Program-made: the position numbers and the translations under genes
The notes under the pieces: model-generated
What the model was told of the DNA's origin: nothing
What the model saw: only the letters and a program-made list of their open reading frames with translations
Database searches by the model: none
From: a methanogenic archaeon
GTDB lineage: Archaea > Thermoplasmatota > Thermoplasmata > Methanomassiliicoccales > Methanomethylophilaceae
Length of the DNA stretch: 64,000 bases
Direction of reading: 5' to 3'
Assembly (NCBI GenBank): GCA_902763685.1
Contig: CACWTF010000001.1
Coordinates: 1,084 to 65,083 of the forward strand
Shown here: positions 35,933 to 45,501 of the stretch, one piece after another
Numbering within the stretch: the stretch's first letter is position 1
Layout: each line of letters opens with the position of its first letter

Positions 35933-36376
35933 ATGAGGAGGAGATGCCCCCAATGCGGAGCGGTGGTGCCGGACAACTCGCTGACCTGCCCGCAGTGTTA
36001 CACCGAGGTCCCCCGCGATCTGACCGAACAGGAACCGGTCAGGGACAGGAACGAGTTCAGGGAACAGATCGAACGCAGGAAGAAGGACATGAGGATATCC
36101 CTGGTGCTGGCGATAATCCCCGCGTTCTTCGGCATCCTGGGCCTCGGACTGGTCTACCAGGACAGCAGGGATTTCCGCGGATGGCGTTACCTGGCCATAG
36201 GTGCGGTGCTCTATCTCCTGCCTGTGGCGGCCATAGTGGTCATAGGTTTCGCCAACGTGCTGGCCGCGGTACTTCTGATAATCCCGCTGTTCTTCGTTCT
36301 GCTCCTGTACGCGGGAATCGCACTGGTGAGTATTGCGGAGACATACTTCGGATCGTTCCGTCTGTTTTTCAGGTAA
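35933..36376 (+). CDS. Zinc-ribbon membrane protein
   Basis: MRRRCPQCGAVVPDNSLTCPQC followed by about three TM helices. Confidence 0.8.
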   Translation: MRRRCPQCGAVVPDNSLTCPQCYTEVPRDLTEQEPVRDRNEFREQIERRKKDMRISLVLAIIPAFFGILGLGLVYQDSRDFRGWRYLAIGAVLYLLPVAAIVVIGFANVLAAVLLIIPLFFVLLLYAGIALVSIAETYFGSFRLFFR

Positions 36377-36378
36377 AA

Positions 36379-36939
36379 TCAGTATTTCCCGCGTTCACGC
36401 AGATTGACCATGATACATGAGGCCATCTGAGCGAGCTCCAATGCACCGCGTTTCCTGCCGACGTTCGCGGGATCCTCCTTCCTGAACATCTTACGGTAGG
36501 CCTTCACGATGATGGCGGGTTCGTCCTCCGGGTCCTTGCACCTGAAACTGATGGGCTGACGGGTGGAGATGGAAGGCATGACGTGTGCCTCCAAAGTGAT
36601 GTCCCAGGGATTGTTTGTCAGATACTTGCCGAACTCCTGACGGATGTCGTAGCTGGTGACATACTTCCCGCGGATCACTTCCTTGAACTCCTTGGCTGCC
36701 TGGGCCTCCGGTACCCCGGTATAAAGCATCGATACGTCGAGACCGTTGGCCTCGGCGTAATCCAGTTTGGGCTTCCCGATGTACTTGGGTTCGATCTGCA
36801 GTACCGCATCATATACCGAATCGAAATCGCCGGTCTCCAGATCGACAGCACACACGCCGATGGCCAGGACCTCGTCGTAGGGATACCCCTGCGCTCCGTC
36901 GGCGATGGTCTGTACAACGTATATCCTGTCGTCATCCAT
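36379..36939 (-). CDS. DEDDh exonuclease-fold protein, catalytic residues apparently lost
   Basis: Collinear similarity to 48075..48779 (IYVVQTIADG vs ILVLDTETTG; RGALELAQMASCIMVNLRERGKY vs HRALSDARVASHLMIKLNDEGKY). Confidence 0.7.
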   Translation of the reverse strand: MDDDRIYVVQTIADGAQGYPYDEVLAIGVCAVDLETGDFDSVYDAVLQIEPKYIGKPKLDYAEANGLDVSMLYTGVPEAQAAKEFKEVIRGKYVTSYDIRQEFGKYLTNNPWDITLEAHVMPSISTRQPISFRCKDPEDEPAIIVKAYRKMFRKEDPANVGRKRGALELAQMASCIMVNLRERGKY

Positions 36940-36944
36940 GTCAA

Positions 36945-37925
36945 TCAAATCCTGAGTCTGTGGAACTTCTGGGTCTCGGTATCGCCGGCCGCCATGGCGA
37001 TGAGCTCCGCCAGGTGTATCGTCGGGATGCCGTTGGGCACCGCATCGTAGAAGGTGAGGCAATTGGGACATCCGACGACGATGAAATCGGCACCCTGGCA
37101 CTCTTCCTGTCTTTCGGCCATGAGCTTGCCGGAGATGTCCTTGATGCTCTTTCCGCAGCAGCCGTAATGACTGTTGACAATCTCGACCCCGGTGGCCTCC
37201 ACGATCAGCCTGAAATCGGACACGAAGCGTTCCGAGGAACAGCCGGGTTCGAAGGCGACCTTCTTACCCTTGAGACCGGGCAGTGCACGGATCCTGTCGA
37301 GGTACTTCACAAAGTAGGTGCAGATGTTGGGTGCGTATACGCCAGAGGTCGCCAGCTCGTTGGTGCATCCGGAGCAGAGGGTGACGAGGTCCCTGCCCGC
37401 CGCATTGCCCCTTGCCCTCACCTTGTACTCGGTGCGGACCGCCTCGTCCAGGGGCCTGAGGGGGAGGGGGTACATGCAGCAGGTGTTCTCGTACAGTTCG
37501 CCGGCATGCACACCGACGGCCTCGAAGGCCTTGACAACGGCATACTTCAGATAGGGGACCTTGCCCTGAACGATGCAGCCGGGCATGTAGAACAGGTCCC
37601 TTCCCTCGGTGTACTCGGGGACCTCCTTCTTCCAGTCGTCGGAGGCGGGAGGGACGGCATAGCCGGTCTGCTTGAAGACCTCGGGCACCTTGGCCCCGAT
37701 CTTCTCCGCTTTGAGGTACAGCATCACCAGTTTGGGATTGGTGTGGCGGCAGACCTCGGAACACTTCCCGCACCCGATGCACATCTCGGTATTGGGATCC
37801 TTGGCAATCATGGAAAGCCAGGGGCAGCACCCTCCGTATTTGTGGGAGGGACACACCTTGAGACATCTCTTGCAGCCGACGCAATTTGTCATCAGGTCGA
37901 CCACGAAATCAGGTACGGGGCACAT
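36945..37925 (-). CDS. Fe-S oxidoreductase, HdrD/HdrBC-like (ferredoxin domain plus two CCG domains)
   Basis: CVGCKRCLKVC, CIGCGKCSEVC, YMPGC..TCCMYP..CSGC, EPGC..GCCG..GCPNC. Confidence 0.85.
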   Translation of the reverse strand: MCPVPDFVVDLMTNCVGCKRCLKVCPSHKYGGCCPWLSMIAKDPNTEMCIGCGKCSEVCRHTNPKLVMLYLKAEKIGAKVPEVFKQTGYAVPPASDDWKKEVPEYTEGRDLFYMPGCIVQGKVPYLKYAVVKAFEAVGVHAGELYENTCCMYPLPLRPLDEAVRTEYKVRARGNAAGRDLVTLCSGCTNELATSGVYAPNICTYFVKYLDRIRALPGLKGKKVAFEPGCSSERFVSDFRLIVEATGVEIVNSHYGCCGKSIKDISGKLMAERQEECQGADFIVVGCPNCLTFYDAVPNGIPTIHLAELIAMAAGDTETQKFHRLRI

Positions 37926-38000
37926 GATTCCCCGTACTTGTCCGCGGTTATAGTATTTTTCGCACGCACGGATTAAGAGGGAAGAGCGCGATTCACGGCC

Positions 38001-38387
38001 ATGCACGGGCTCACAATGATGAGGATCTACGCCGAGGAGATACTCTCGGGACATACGTCCTTCGATGCCCGTCTCCGTCCCACCGACATCCGGGGGAGGA
38101 TAGCGATTGTGGATTCCTCCACGTTCAGGATCTACGGCACCGCCGAACTGACCGGGTGCAGGGAGATAACCTACGGGGAATTCGTCAGATGGCATCAGAT
38201 AGGCCCGTTCGCCGATTCCACCATAGCACCCTTCGCCGAGGGAAAGACCTGCTACGCATACGAACTCAGGGACGTGAAGAGGCTGCCGCTCCCCGTCCAG
38301 CTCCCCAAACGGGAGGATGCGGGCATGTGGGTGGATATCCCCGATAGGATATCCAGGAACCTCTTCTCGCAGACCACCCTGTTCTGA
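38001..38387 (+). CDS. ASCH/PUA-like domain protein
   Basis: GLTMMRIYAEEILSG..DARLRPTDIRGRIAI..IYGTAEL..YAYELRDVKRL pattern. Confidence 0.7.
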   Translation: MHGLTMMRIYAEEILSGHTSFDARLRPTDIRGRIAIVDSSTFRIYGTAELTGCREITYGEFVRWHQIGPFADSTIAPFAEGKTCYAYELRDVKRLPLPVQLPKREDAGMWVDIPDRISRNLFSQTTLF

Positions 38388-38425
38388 ACGGAACTGTTTT
38401 CTAAATCGTCGCGGATTGGCCATGC

Positions 38426-39178
38426 ATGTCAGGTTCCGCTTCCGAACTCCAATGGCTCATCGAGGACCGCAGACGCCGTCTCGAGGATGTGGAGGAACAG
38501 CTGTCCTCCGCCTCCGACCCAGATATGATCGCGGGTCTGAAGGGTATGATATCGATGCTCGAGGACGAGATCGCGGACCTGGAAGCAGAACTCGAAGAGA
38601 ACGACGGGACCGAAGATATCAATTCACAGATCGACGACATAGATTCCAAGATCCGCGACATCAACTCCCAGCTCCAACTGGAGACCGACCCTGTGGTAAG
38701 GAACAACCTGGAGGTTTCCAAGAGGTTCCTGCAGATGGAACGCAACGGCCTCCTCATCAGGCAGGCACAGACCACCAAACGGAAGAGCCCCGAGGAAGAG
38801 AGGATCGAGGAACTGCAGAACCTCTGCGACAGCCGTCTCCGCTTCATACAGGACCTCGAATCCCGTCTGAAGAAGGCGGAGAAGGACCTCTCTTATTACA
38901 AGGCACTCGCCGACAATCCGGACCGCGGATTATCCTGCGATCTGTCAAGGGTCACCGTCACCGCGGAATCCCTCTCGGCCATGAGGAACGAATCCAAGAA
39001 ACTCTCCCTCGAGAACTACCAGCTCAGGGAGGAGATCAGGAAACTGAGATCCGAACTCGACATGAAGGGCAGGAACGTGACGGAACTCACCCGCCACTGC
39101 AAAGAGGCGGATTCCGAGATCCTGAGACTCCAGGCGAGGGTGCAGGAACTCAGGAAGAAGATGGAAGATTTCGAGTGA
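38426..39178 (+). CDS. Coiled-coil hypothetical protein
   Basis: 250 aa of heptad-rich, charged sequence with host-like codon usage. Confidence 0.75.
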   Translation: MSGSASELQWLIEDRRRRLEDVEEQLSSASDPDMIAGLKGMISMLEDEIADLEAELEENDGTEDINSQIDDIDSKIRDINSQLQLETDPVVRNNLEVSKRFLQMERNGLLIRQAQTTKRKSPEEERIEELQNLCDSRLRFIQDLESRLKKAEKDLSYYKALADNPDRGLSCDLSRVTVTAESLSAMRNESKKLSLENYQLREEIRKLRSELDMKGRNVTELTRHCKEADSEILRLQARVQELRKKMEDFE

Positions 39179-39251
39179 TCTGGCACTTGTGTTTCACCTC
39201 CCCCTTCCCCGTCACTAAAAACCATAACATCGCACTGTCTTTATACTCTGA

Positions 39252-39782
39252 TTGTTATCTCCTTCCGTTACAGGAGGAAAGCACACGCCAGGAAGGAAAT
39301 TCAACAGGAAAGTGAACAACGCCAAGGACCGCAAACTTTTCGGTATGTACCTTGACAGAATGGATTACAAACCTTCCGACAAGGCCGTGGAGGAACTCCG
39401 TGTACTCTCCGACAAGATACCTGAACCCGTCACCGACGACCTCCAGTACGCGTACTACGAGAAGCGGATCGCAAAACTGAACCGCGAGAGGTTCAGGATC
39501 CTCACCGGTTACGGACAGTGCCGGGGCATGCTCGTCGCTCACGACGGGGACATCGTGCTCTGCTGCTGCAGGGAGATGGCTGAACTCCTCGCATTCCACA
39601 ACGGATACCACTCCGAGGGAGCCATACACATACCCGTGAAGCACGGCACCGCCTCCCATTACGACAACAGTTACTATCTCATCACCGATGCGGGCGAGGA
39701 GACCTTCAAGGAGTGTCCCTTCTGCTTCGCACCCCTGCAGGAGAAGATAGACTACACCGAGGACAGTACCGCTGGTGAGTGA
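39252..39782 (+). CDS. Hypothetical protein with Cys clusters (CCC, CPFC)
   Basis: Host-like codon usage; stop overlaps the start of the addB-like gene. Start codon uncertain. Confidence 0.6.
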   Translation: MLSPSVTGGKHTPGRKFNRKVNNAKDRKLFGMYLDRMDYKPSDKAVEELRVLSDKIPEPVTDDLQYAYYEKRIAKLNRERFRILTGYGQCRGMLVAHDGDIVLCCCREMAELLAFHNGYHSEGAIHIPVKHGTASHYDNSYYLITDAGEETFKECPFCFAPLQEKIDYTEDSTAGE

Positions 39783-42454
39783 ACTTGCGCAGAGCGAAGA
39801 CGATCGACCAGCTCTACGAAGAGGTCAGGGATTACGACTTCGTGGTATGCTGCGATGCCGCCCTGGTCACCGCACTCAACGCCAAGATCGACCACAGTAC
39901 CCTCGACGGTTTCGCATTCACACCCAAGATGCTGGCCTCGATGATCCAAAGTGCCGTTCTCCAGACCAGGCCGCTGTCCGACCTCGAGCTGGTGGAGAGG
40001 ATACAGGACGAGACCGGCCTGGATTTCAGATACGTCCACAGCGAGATCGAGAACATCAGGGACATCCGCAGGTACACTGAGAACGTGGGGAAGTACCTGT
40101 ACAGCAAGCGTGCCGCGGAGGTCCTGGAAAGATACAACGAGTGTCCCACCACCGAGAAGGTCATGTCCATCTTCGACAGCTCGATCTACACCTACAATCT
40201 CACCGGGAAGAGGGTGGCGGTCATCGGATTGGACCTCTTCAACGACCTGGACAAGCACATGCTCCCGCAGTCGTTCGACGAGATCGATCCCTTCACCGAC
40301 GGGGATTTCGAGATCGGGACGATCCACGGTATCGGCAACGACCGTCAGATCGCAGGCAACATCGCCGATCTTATAGAACCGGAGACAGCCAACGACACCG
40401 CCATCATACTCGATCCGAACAGTGCGGTGGCGGATGCCATCAAATCAGCACTCTACAAGAGGTACATCCCGTTCAAGAACGACCTCGTCGTGAAGGACCT
40501 CGCACAGGTCAGGGACTACATACAATTCATCACTCTGGCACTTGATTTCGACACCATCCGCGTGAGGGACGTCAGGGAACTCTTCTCCGTCTATCAGAAG
40601 GGCAGGAACGTCAAGGACCACTACGAACTCTCGTTCACACAGGACAACTATCTCCTGCACAAGATTCAGGTCACGGACAGGCTGGAACCCGTCACAGCCA
40701 TGATGATCGGCATGATGAAGGACATCAGGGACCTGACCTTCTCCTACGTGGCCGAAAAGCTTTACGAGAACATGCCGCAGCTCACCTCGGTCATGATGCT
40801 GCTGAAGGACATGCACCTCGAGTCCGAGAGGATCACCGCGGATCTGGTTGGGAAACTCACCTACGCGGTCAACAACGTCAGCGACATCAAGCACAACGAG
40901 CAGGTACCCGACTACGAGAAGCACGGCGTACTCCTGGCAGACTGCTGCAACTCCGTATACGTGGACCGCTCCCTGGTGATATTCGTCGGTCTCGACGACT
41001 CCTGGGAGGTCACCGCCCCCGGGAAGGACTACGTGGACAAGGAACAGCTCGACAAGGACAGTGCGTACCGCATGAGCATCCTGCTCCAGCAGGGGACCAC
41101 CCGCATCTACGCGGTGAAACCCGCTTCCGGAGGGAAGAACACCGTGCCCTGCACCACCTTCCAGACCATCTGGAAGGAGATGGGTACCCCCAAGAACATC
41201 TCGTCCTTCAGGGACATCTGCTCCGAGTACAGGGTGGGTTCCTGGTACTCCCCCTCCGACGAGACCCTCGCCAAACCCCAGATCACGGTCCCGGAATCCC
41301 CCGACATCTTCAGCAGGATCTCCAAGACCAAGTACAACACCTATCGCCAGTGCCCCATAGAGTTCATGTTCTCCCTGATACTGAAGACGGAGGAGACCGA
41401 CAGCCTGGTATTCGGGAACCAGCTCCACCACCTGGCGGAATACTACTTCAGCTATCCTGAAGAGGTCAGGGAGAAGGGACTCGACTATTATCTTGCACGC
41501 ATGGAGGAGGAATACGCCGGACTCTCCAACGAGTGCCAGAAGCCCTTCGACGTGAGCAGGTTCAGGGTGTATGCGAAGAACATGATGAGGTACATCGACA
41601 GCATACGTCCCCCCGAGGTATCCCTCGATGCCCCCGTGGCCAAGGATAACCCGATCTTCATCCAGGAGGGCAAGACCCGCCGCAGTTCCCTGACCGAGTA
41701 CTATCTCGAGAGCAGCGAACCCACCTTCGCCAAGTTCGATGTCTGCGTCGGCAATTTCATAGTGGATTACAAGACCGGCAAACCAAAAACCTCAAAGGAT
41801 GTCATCAAGGGATTCGACGATTCCGGCAGGACGGCCGATTTCCAGGCTCCCATCTACCTCAAGGTCCTGAGCGAGCACACCGGCGGGGAATGCAGGTTCG
41901 ATCTGGTATTCCTGGGCGAGAACGATGTCGAATCCGTCTCCGATTCATATGATATAGGACGCAGCGTCAGGACCATCATCCTCTCTGAGTCCAACAAACT
42001 CGATCTGGCACTTGCTCCGGACGGGCCCCTGAAGGCCTATGTAGACATCACCAAGAGCCAGGCCAAGTTCATGAACAACTGGGATGCTGTGGCACCCGTG
42101 CTCAGGCAGTTCATGGAGATGGGGAACCAGGACAGCGATGCGTGCATCTCGGCACTGATCTCCGCCGCAGGGATGAACGATACCGACACCAACCGGAAAG
42201 CCGCCGTCAGCCTTTCCAAGAAGGCTACCGCGGCCGTGCAGGCGAAGTATCTCGTCGATGCGAGCGACAGAGTCCTGATACCCGCTGACACCATGGCGGA
42301 GTTCGTGGGCCGCTTCAGGAAGGACCATGAATCGATCAAGAGCGAGTACAGACTCCCGATATACAATCTGAAGAAGGGCAAAACGGACTGCGACTACTGC
42401 CCGTTCAACAAGCTGTGCCTCCGTGCCAACGGCGAAGAGGAGGAAGAGGAATGA
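39779..42454 (+). CDS. addB: AddB/RexB-like PD-(D/E)xK nuclease subunit with 4Fe-4S staple
   Basis: Degenerate helicase body, YRQCP, FGNQLH, FD..IVDYKTG, FQAPIY, and C-terminal CDYCPFNKLC. Confidence 0.8.
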   Translation: MNLRRAKTIDQLYEEVRDYDFVVCCDAALVTALNAKIDHSTLDGFAFTPKMLASMIQSAVLQTRPLSDLELVERIQDETGLDFRYVHSEIENIRDIRRYTENVGKYLYSKRAAEVLERYNECPTTEKVMSIFDSSIYTYNLTGKRVAVIGLDLFNDLDKHMLPQSFDEIDPFTDGDFEIGTIHGIGNDRQIAGNIADLIEPETANDTAIILDPNSAVADAIKSALYKRYIPFKNDLVVKDLAQVRDYIQFITLALDFDTIRVRDVRELFSVYQKGRNVKDHYELSFTQDNYLLHKIQVTDRLEPVTAMMIGMMKDIRDLTFSYVAEKLYENMPQLTSVMMLLKDMHLESERITADLVGKLTYAVNNVSDIKHNEQVPDYEKHGVLLADCCNSVYVDRSLVIFVGLDDSWEVTAPGKDYVDKEQLDKDSAYRMSILLQQGTTRIYAVKPASGGKNTVPCTTFQTIWKEMGTPKNISSFRDICSEYRVGSWYSPSDETLAKPQITVPESPDIFSRISKTKYNTYRQCPIEFMFSLILKTEETDSLVFGNQLHHLAEYYFSYPEEVREKGLDYYLARMEEEYAGLSNECQKPFDVSRFRVYAKNMMRYIDSIRPPEVSLDAPVAKDNPIFIQEGKTRRSSLTEYYLESSEPTFAKFDVCVGNFIVDYKTGKPKTSKDVIKGFDDSGRTADFQAPIYLKVLSEHTGGECRFDLVFLGENDVESVSDSYDIGRSVRTIILSESNKLDLALAPDGPLKAYVDITKSQAKFMNNWDAVAPVLRQFMEMGNQDSDACISALISAAGMNDTDTNRKAAVSLSKKATAAVQAKYLVDASDRVLIPADTMAEFVGRFRKDHESIKSEYRLPIYNLKKGKTDCDYCPFNKLCLRANGEEEEEE

Positions 42455-45408
42455 GCGAACTCAACGAAGCCCAGAAGAGGATCGCAGAGACCACCGACGG
42501 TATGATCGTGGTCGATGCGGGACCGGGTACCGGGAAGACGCACACCGTCGTCACCAGATGCATCAACATCATGCGGAAGAGGGACTTCGACTGGCATGAC
42601 CTGGTGATGCTCACCTTCACCAACAACGCGGCGGCGGAGATGAGGGAGAGACTCCAGTCCGCCCTTGCCGACATGTTCAACGAGGGGGCCATCGACGCCA
42701 GGGAATACGACCGCCTGAGCGGTCTGGGGAGGAAGGTCACCGTCGGTACCTTCGACTCCTTCTGTCTGGCGGTGGTGAAGCAATCACCCTACACCATCAG
42801 CAGGTTCTTCGGTTTCAGAGAATTCCTCACCCGCAAAGCGGATATCACCGAGAACTCCAGCTCCAACATAACGTTCTTCGCACGTTTCCTGGACCGTTTC
42901 CTGCAGAACCGCGGGGAGGATTTCGGACAGTGGTCGGCACTGATCGCCGAGAACCCCATGGAGATCCTGAAGCTCCTCGACCGTCTGATGTCGCGCGGTA
43001 TCGTCCCGATGAAGAAGACGGACGGCGGCAGGTACCCCTGGTTCGGCGGCAACGACGGGAAGGAGCTCATCGGCGACACCGAGGAACTCCGCGATATCAT
43101 GGATTCCTTCGCCGGACTTTCCAAGGCCGATGCGGAGTATTTCGCCGGACGCCCCGACCTCAACGGATACGACCTACAGGCGAAGAACCCCAATCCGGAG
43201 ATGCTCGACGAGGCCACCTACGACGACCGTACCGATCTCATCAACCTCATCCACGAGATCTACTACGACTACATCCGTGCCTGCGTGAGAGAGGACCATC
43301 TCACCTTCGGACTGGTGGCATGCTTCGCGTTCATCATCCTCTACCGCGACAGCGAGACCCGCGAGAGGGTATCCACGAAATACCTCATAGTGGACGAGTT
43401 CCAGGACACCAACAGCAACCAGCTGATGATCTCCCTGCTCATCCTGAAACAGCCGAACCTCTGCGTCGTGGGGGACTGGAAACAGGGCATCTACGGTTTC
43501 AGGTTCGTCTCCATCGACAACATCATCCACTTCAGCGAAAGGGTGAAGGAGCTCAGGGCGTTCCTCAACGACGACACCATACGCGTAAAGTTCCAGATAC
43601 CCGAGACCGTCACCATCCCGCTGACCGAGAACTACCGCAGCTCGCAGACCGTCATCGATGCCGCCTACGAGGCACTGACCATCCCCGGCAACGATTCGGA
43701 AACCATAGGGCAGGACGTCCTCGACAGGATCACCCGCATCGTATCGAAACGTTCGGAGATCGGGGAGGACACCAAGATCGAATGCGTGAGCTGCAACAGC
43801 TCCGATGATGAGATCGACGAGGTCCTCAGACGCATCGAGACCTACGTGCACTCCGGGAAGTACAGGATAATCGACGGCAGGGATGCCGAACCCCGTGCCC
43901 CCGACTACCGCGACATCGCCGTCCTCTGCAGGAAGACCAGCACCTGCCGCAAACTGCTGGAGGCATGCAACGAGAAGAACATCCCGGCGTTCATGCAGGG
44001 GGACATCGAGATAATGAACACCCGCGAGGGCAAACTCCTGCTCGCTTGGTTGAGATACGTTAGCAACGACCGCGACCCATGGGGCATAACTTCCATCCTG
44101 GCACAGATGAACTACACTCCCGAGGAGATCAACTGGATGGTCACCTACGACAAGGAGATCAGATCCGACCGTGTACCCGAGGAACTCAAGGAGTTCAGGA
44201 CCGCCCTCAGACGCAAGAGGAGGAGGATCACCGAGCTCATCTCCGATGTGTTCTCCCATTACAACATCGACAACAACATCTCCCAGGCCATCACCTCGGT
44301 GCTGTCGTCGGTGCACAGGTCTTCGCTGCAGACCATATCCGGCCTTATCTCCGCGATAGAACTGGACATAGCCAACAAGACACGTTACGACGTGGACGGT
44401 CTCCCCGAGAGCAACGCGGTGACCATCCAGACACTCCACAAGTCCAAGGGATTGGAGTATCCCATCGTGATCATCCCGGCCATCGATGTCAGGTCCTTCC
44501 CCAGCAGCCAGGACAGGGCGGTGTTCAGATACGGCGCCCTCACCGGACTCAGGTGCACCCAGACCGTGGTGAACTTCGGCGGGGAGATGAAGATCGACAA
44601 ATCGTGGAAGACCGCGGTGGTCAAGGCCTCCCTCAGACCGGATTACAGCGAGGAGAGGAGGCTGTTCTTCGTCGGTATATCGCGTGCGAAGCAGTACGTG
44701 ACCCTCGTATCGGGCCCCAAACCGTCCAGGTTCTTCACCCACTACGCCGACGGTTCACCGCAGACCCAGGGACGCGAAGAAGTACCCAAGAGGCCCTCCG
44801 TAGAGGAGGAACTAGAGGCCAAGCCGGAGATCGGGGAGTTCAGGGCCCGCAGGAGGAACCTGTCGGTACATGATCTTCTCAGACTCGGCATCACCAAATC
44901 CGGCATGCGTCCCGAGAACGGTGCCGACGAACTCAGCCACAAGGGAATGAAATACGGAACCGAGGTCCACCAGATGGCCGAACTCTGTGCCTACGGCCGC
45001 ACCATATCCGAGGACAGGTTCGAACAGTACCCGGAACTGGTGAAGGTCAAAGCGACCATCGACCGTCTGAAATCGGAAGGTGCGACGCTCTACGCGGAAC
45101 GCCACTGTGCGTTGGCACTGCACGATCCCGACGTCACCGTATCCGGCATCATCGACCTCATGGCCGAATTCCCCGACAGGATCGAGGTCCACGACTGGAA
45201 GACCGATGCGGAAGGCGATTACCAGGCGGAATACAGGGTACAGCTCAGCGTATACGCCCGCATCCTCATGGAGATGTTCCCCGAGAAGAAGGTCGTATGC
45301 GTCATAGACTGGCTGAACTTCGGCGAACCGGAGACCTTCGAACCTCTCGGCATGGATATCATCAAACAGAGGGCCGCCGAAGCACTGAACCCCGTGAAGA
45401 ACAAATGA
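42451..45408 (+). CDS. addA: AddA/UvrD-like helicase-nuclease
   Basis: VDAGPGTGKT, LTFTNNAA, VDEFQD, VGDWKQGIY, TENYRS, TLHKSKGLE, FVGISRA, and C-terminal GIIDL..VHDWKT..QLSVY. Confidence 0.9.
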   Translation: MSELNEAQKRIAETTDGMIVVDAGPGTGKTHTVVTRCINIMRKRDFDWHDLVMLTFTNNAAAEMRERLQSALADMFNEGAIDAREYDRLSGLGRKVTVGTFDSFCLAVVKQSPYTISRFFGFREFLTRKADITENSSSNITFFARFLDRFLQNRGEDFGQWSALIAENPMEILKLLDRLMSRGIVPMKKTDGGRYPWFGGNDGKELIGDTEELRDIMDSFAGLSKADAEYFAGRPDLNGYDLQAKNPNPEMLDEATYDDRTDLINLIHEIYYDYIRACVREDHLTFGLVACFAFIILYRDSETRERVSTKYLIVDEFQDTNSNQLMISLLILKQPNLCVVGDWKQGIYGFRFVSIDNIIHFSERVKELRAFLNDDTIRVKFQIPETVTIPLTENYRSSQTVIDAAYEALTIPGNDSETIGQDVLDRITRIVSKRSEIGEDTKIECVSCNSSDDEIDEVLRRIETYVHSGKYRIIDGRDAEPRAPDYRDIAVLCRKTSTCRKLLEACNEKNIPAFMQGDIEIMNTREGKLLLAWLRYVSNDRDPWGITSILAQMNYTPEEINWMVTYDKEIRSDRVPEELKEFRTALRRKRRRITELISDVFSHYNIDNNISQAITSVLSSVHRSSLQTISGLISAIELDIANKTRYDVDGLPESNAVTIQTLHKSKGLEYPIVIIPAIDVRSFPSSQDRAVFRYGALTGLRCTQTVVNFGGEMKIDKSWKTAVVKASLRPDYSEERRLFFVGISRAKQYVTLVSGPKPSRFFTHYADGSPQTQGREEVPKRPSVEEELEAKPEIGEFRARRRNLSVHDLLRLGITKSGMRPENGADELSHKGMKYGTEVHQMAELCAYGRTISEDRFEQYPELVKVKATIDRLKSEGATLYAERHCALALHDPDVTVSGIIDLMAEFPDRIEVHDWKTDAEGDYQAEYRVQLSVYARILMEMFPEKKVVCVIDWLNFGEPETFEPLGMDIIKQRAAEALNPVKNK

Positions 45409-45427
45409 CCCAGACATGAAAAAAATT

Positions 45428-45460
45428 GAAGAACTCAGGGGGATTCCCCCGCGGTTCTTC
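45428..45460. terminator. Hairpin after the addA-like gene
   Basis: GAAGAAC..GGGGG-ATT-CCCCC..GTTCTTC. Confidence 0.55.
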
Positions 45461-45501
45461 ACGGGTCTCTCCCTTTATATGAATAAGGTATATCCTGTCC
45501 C

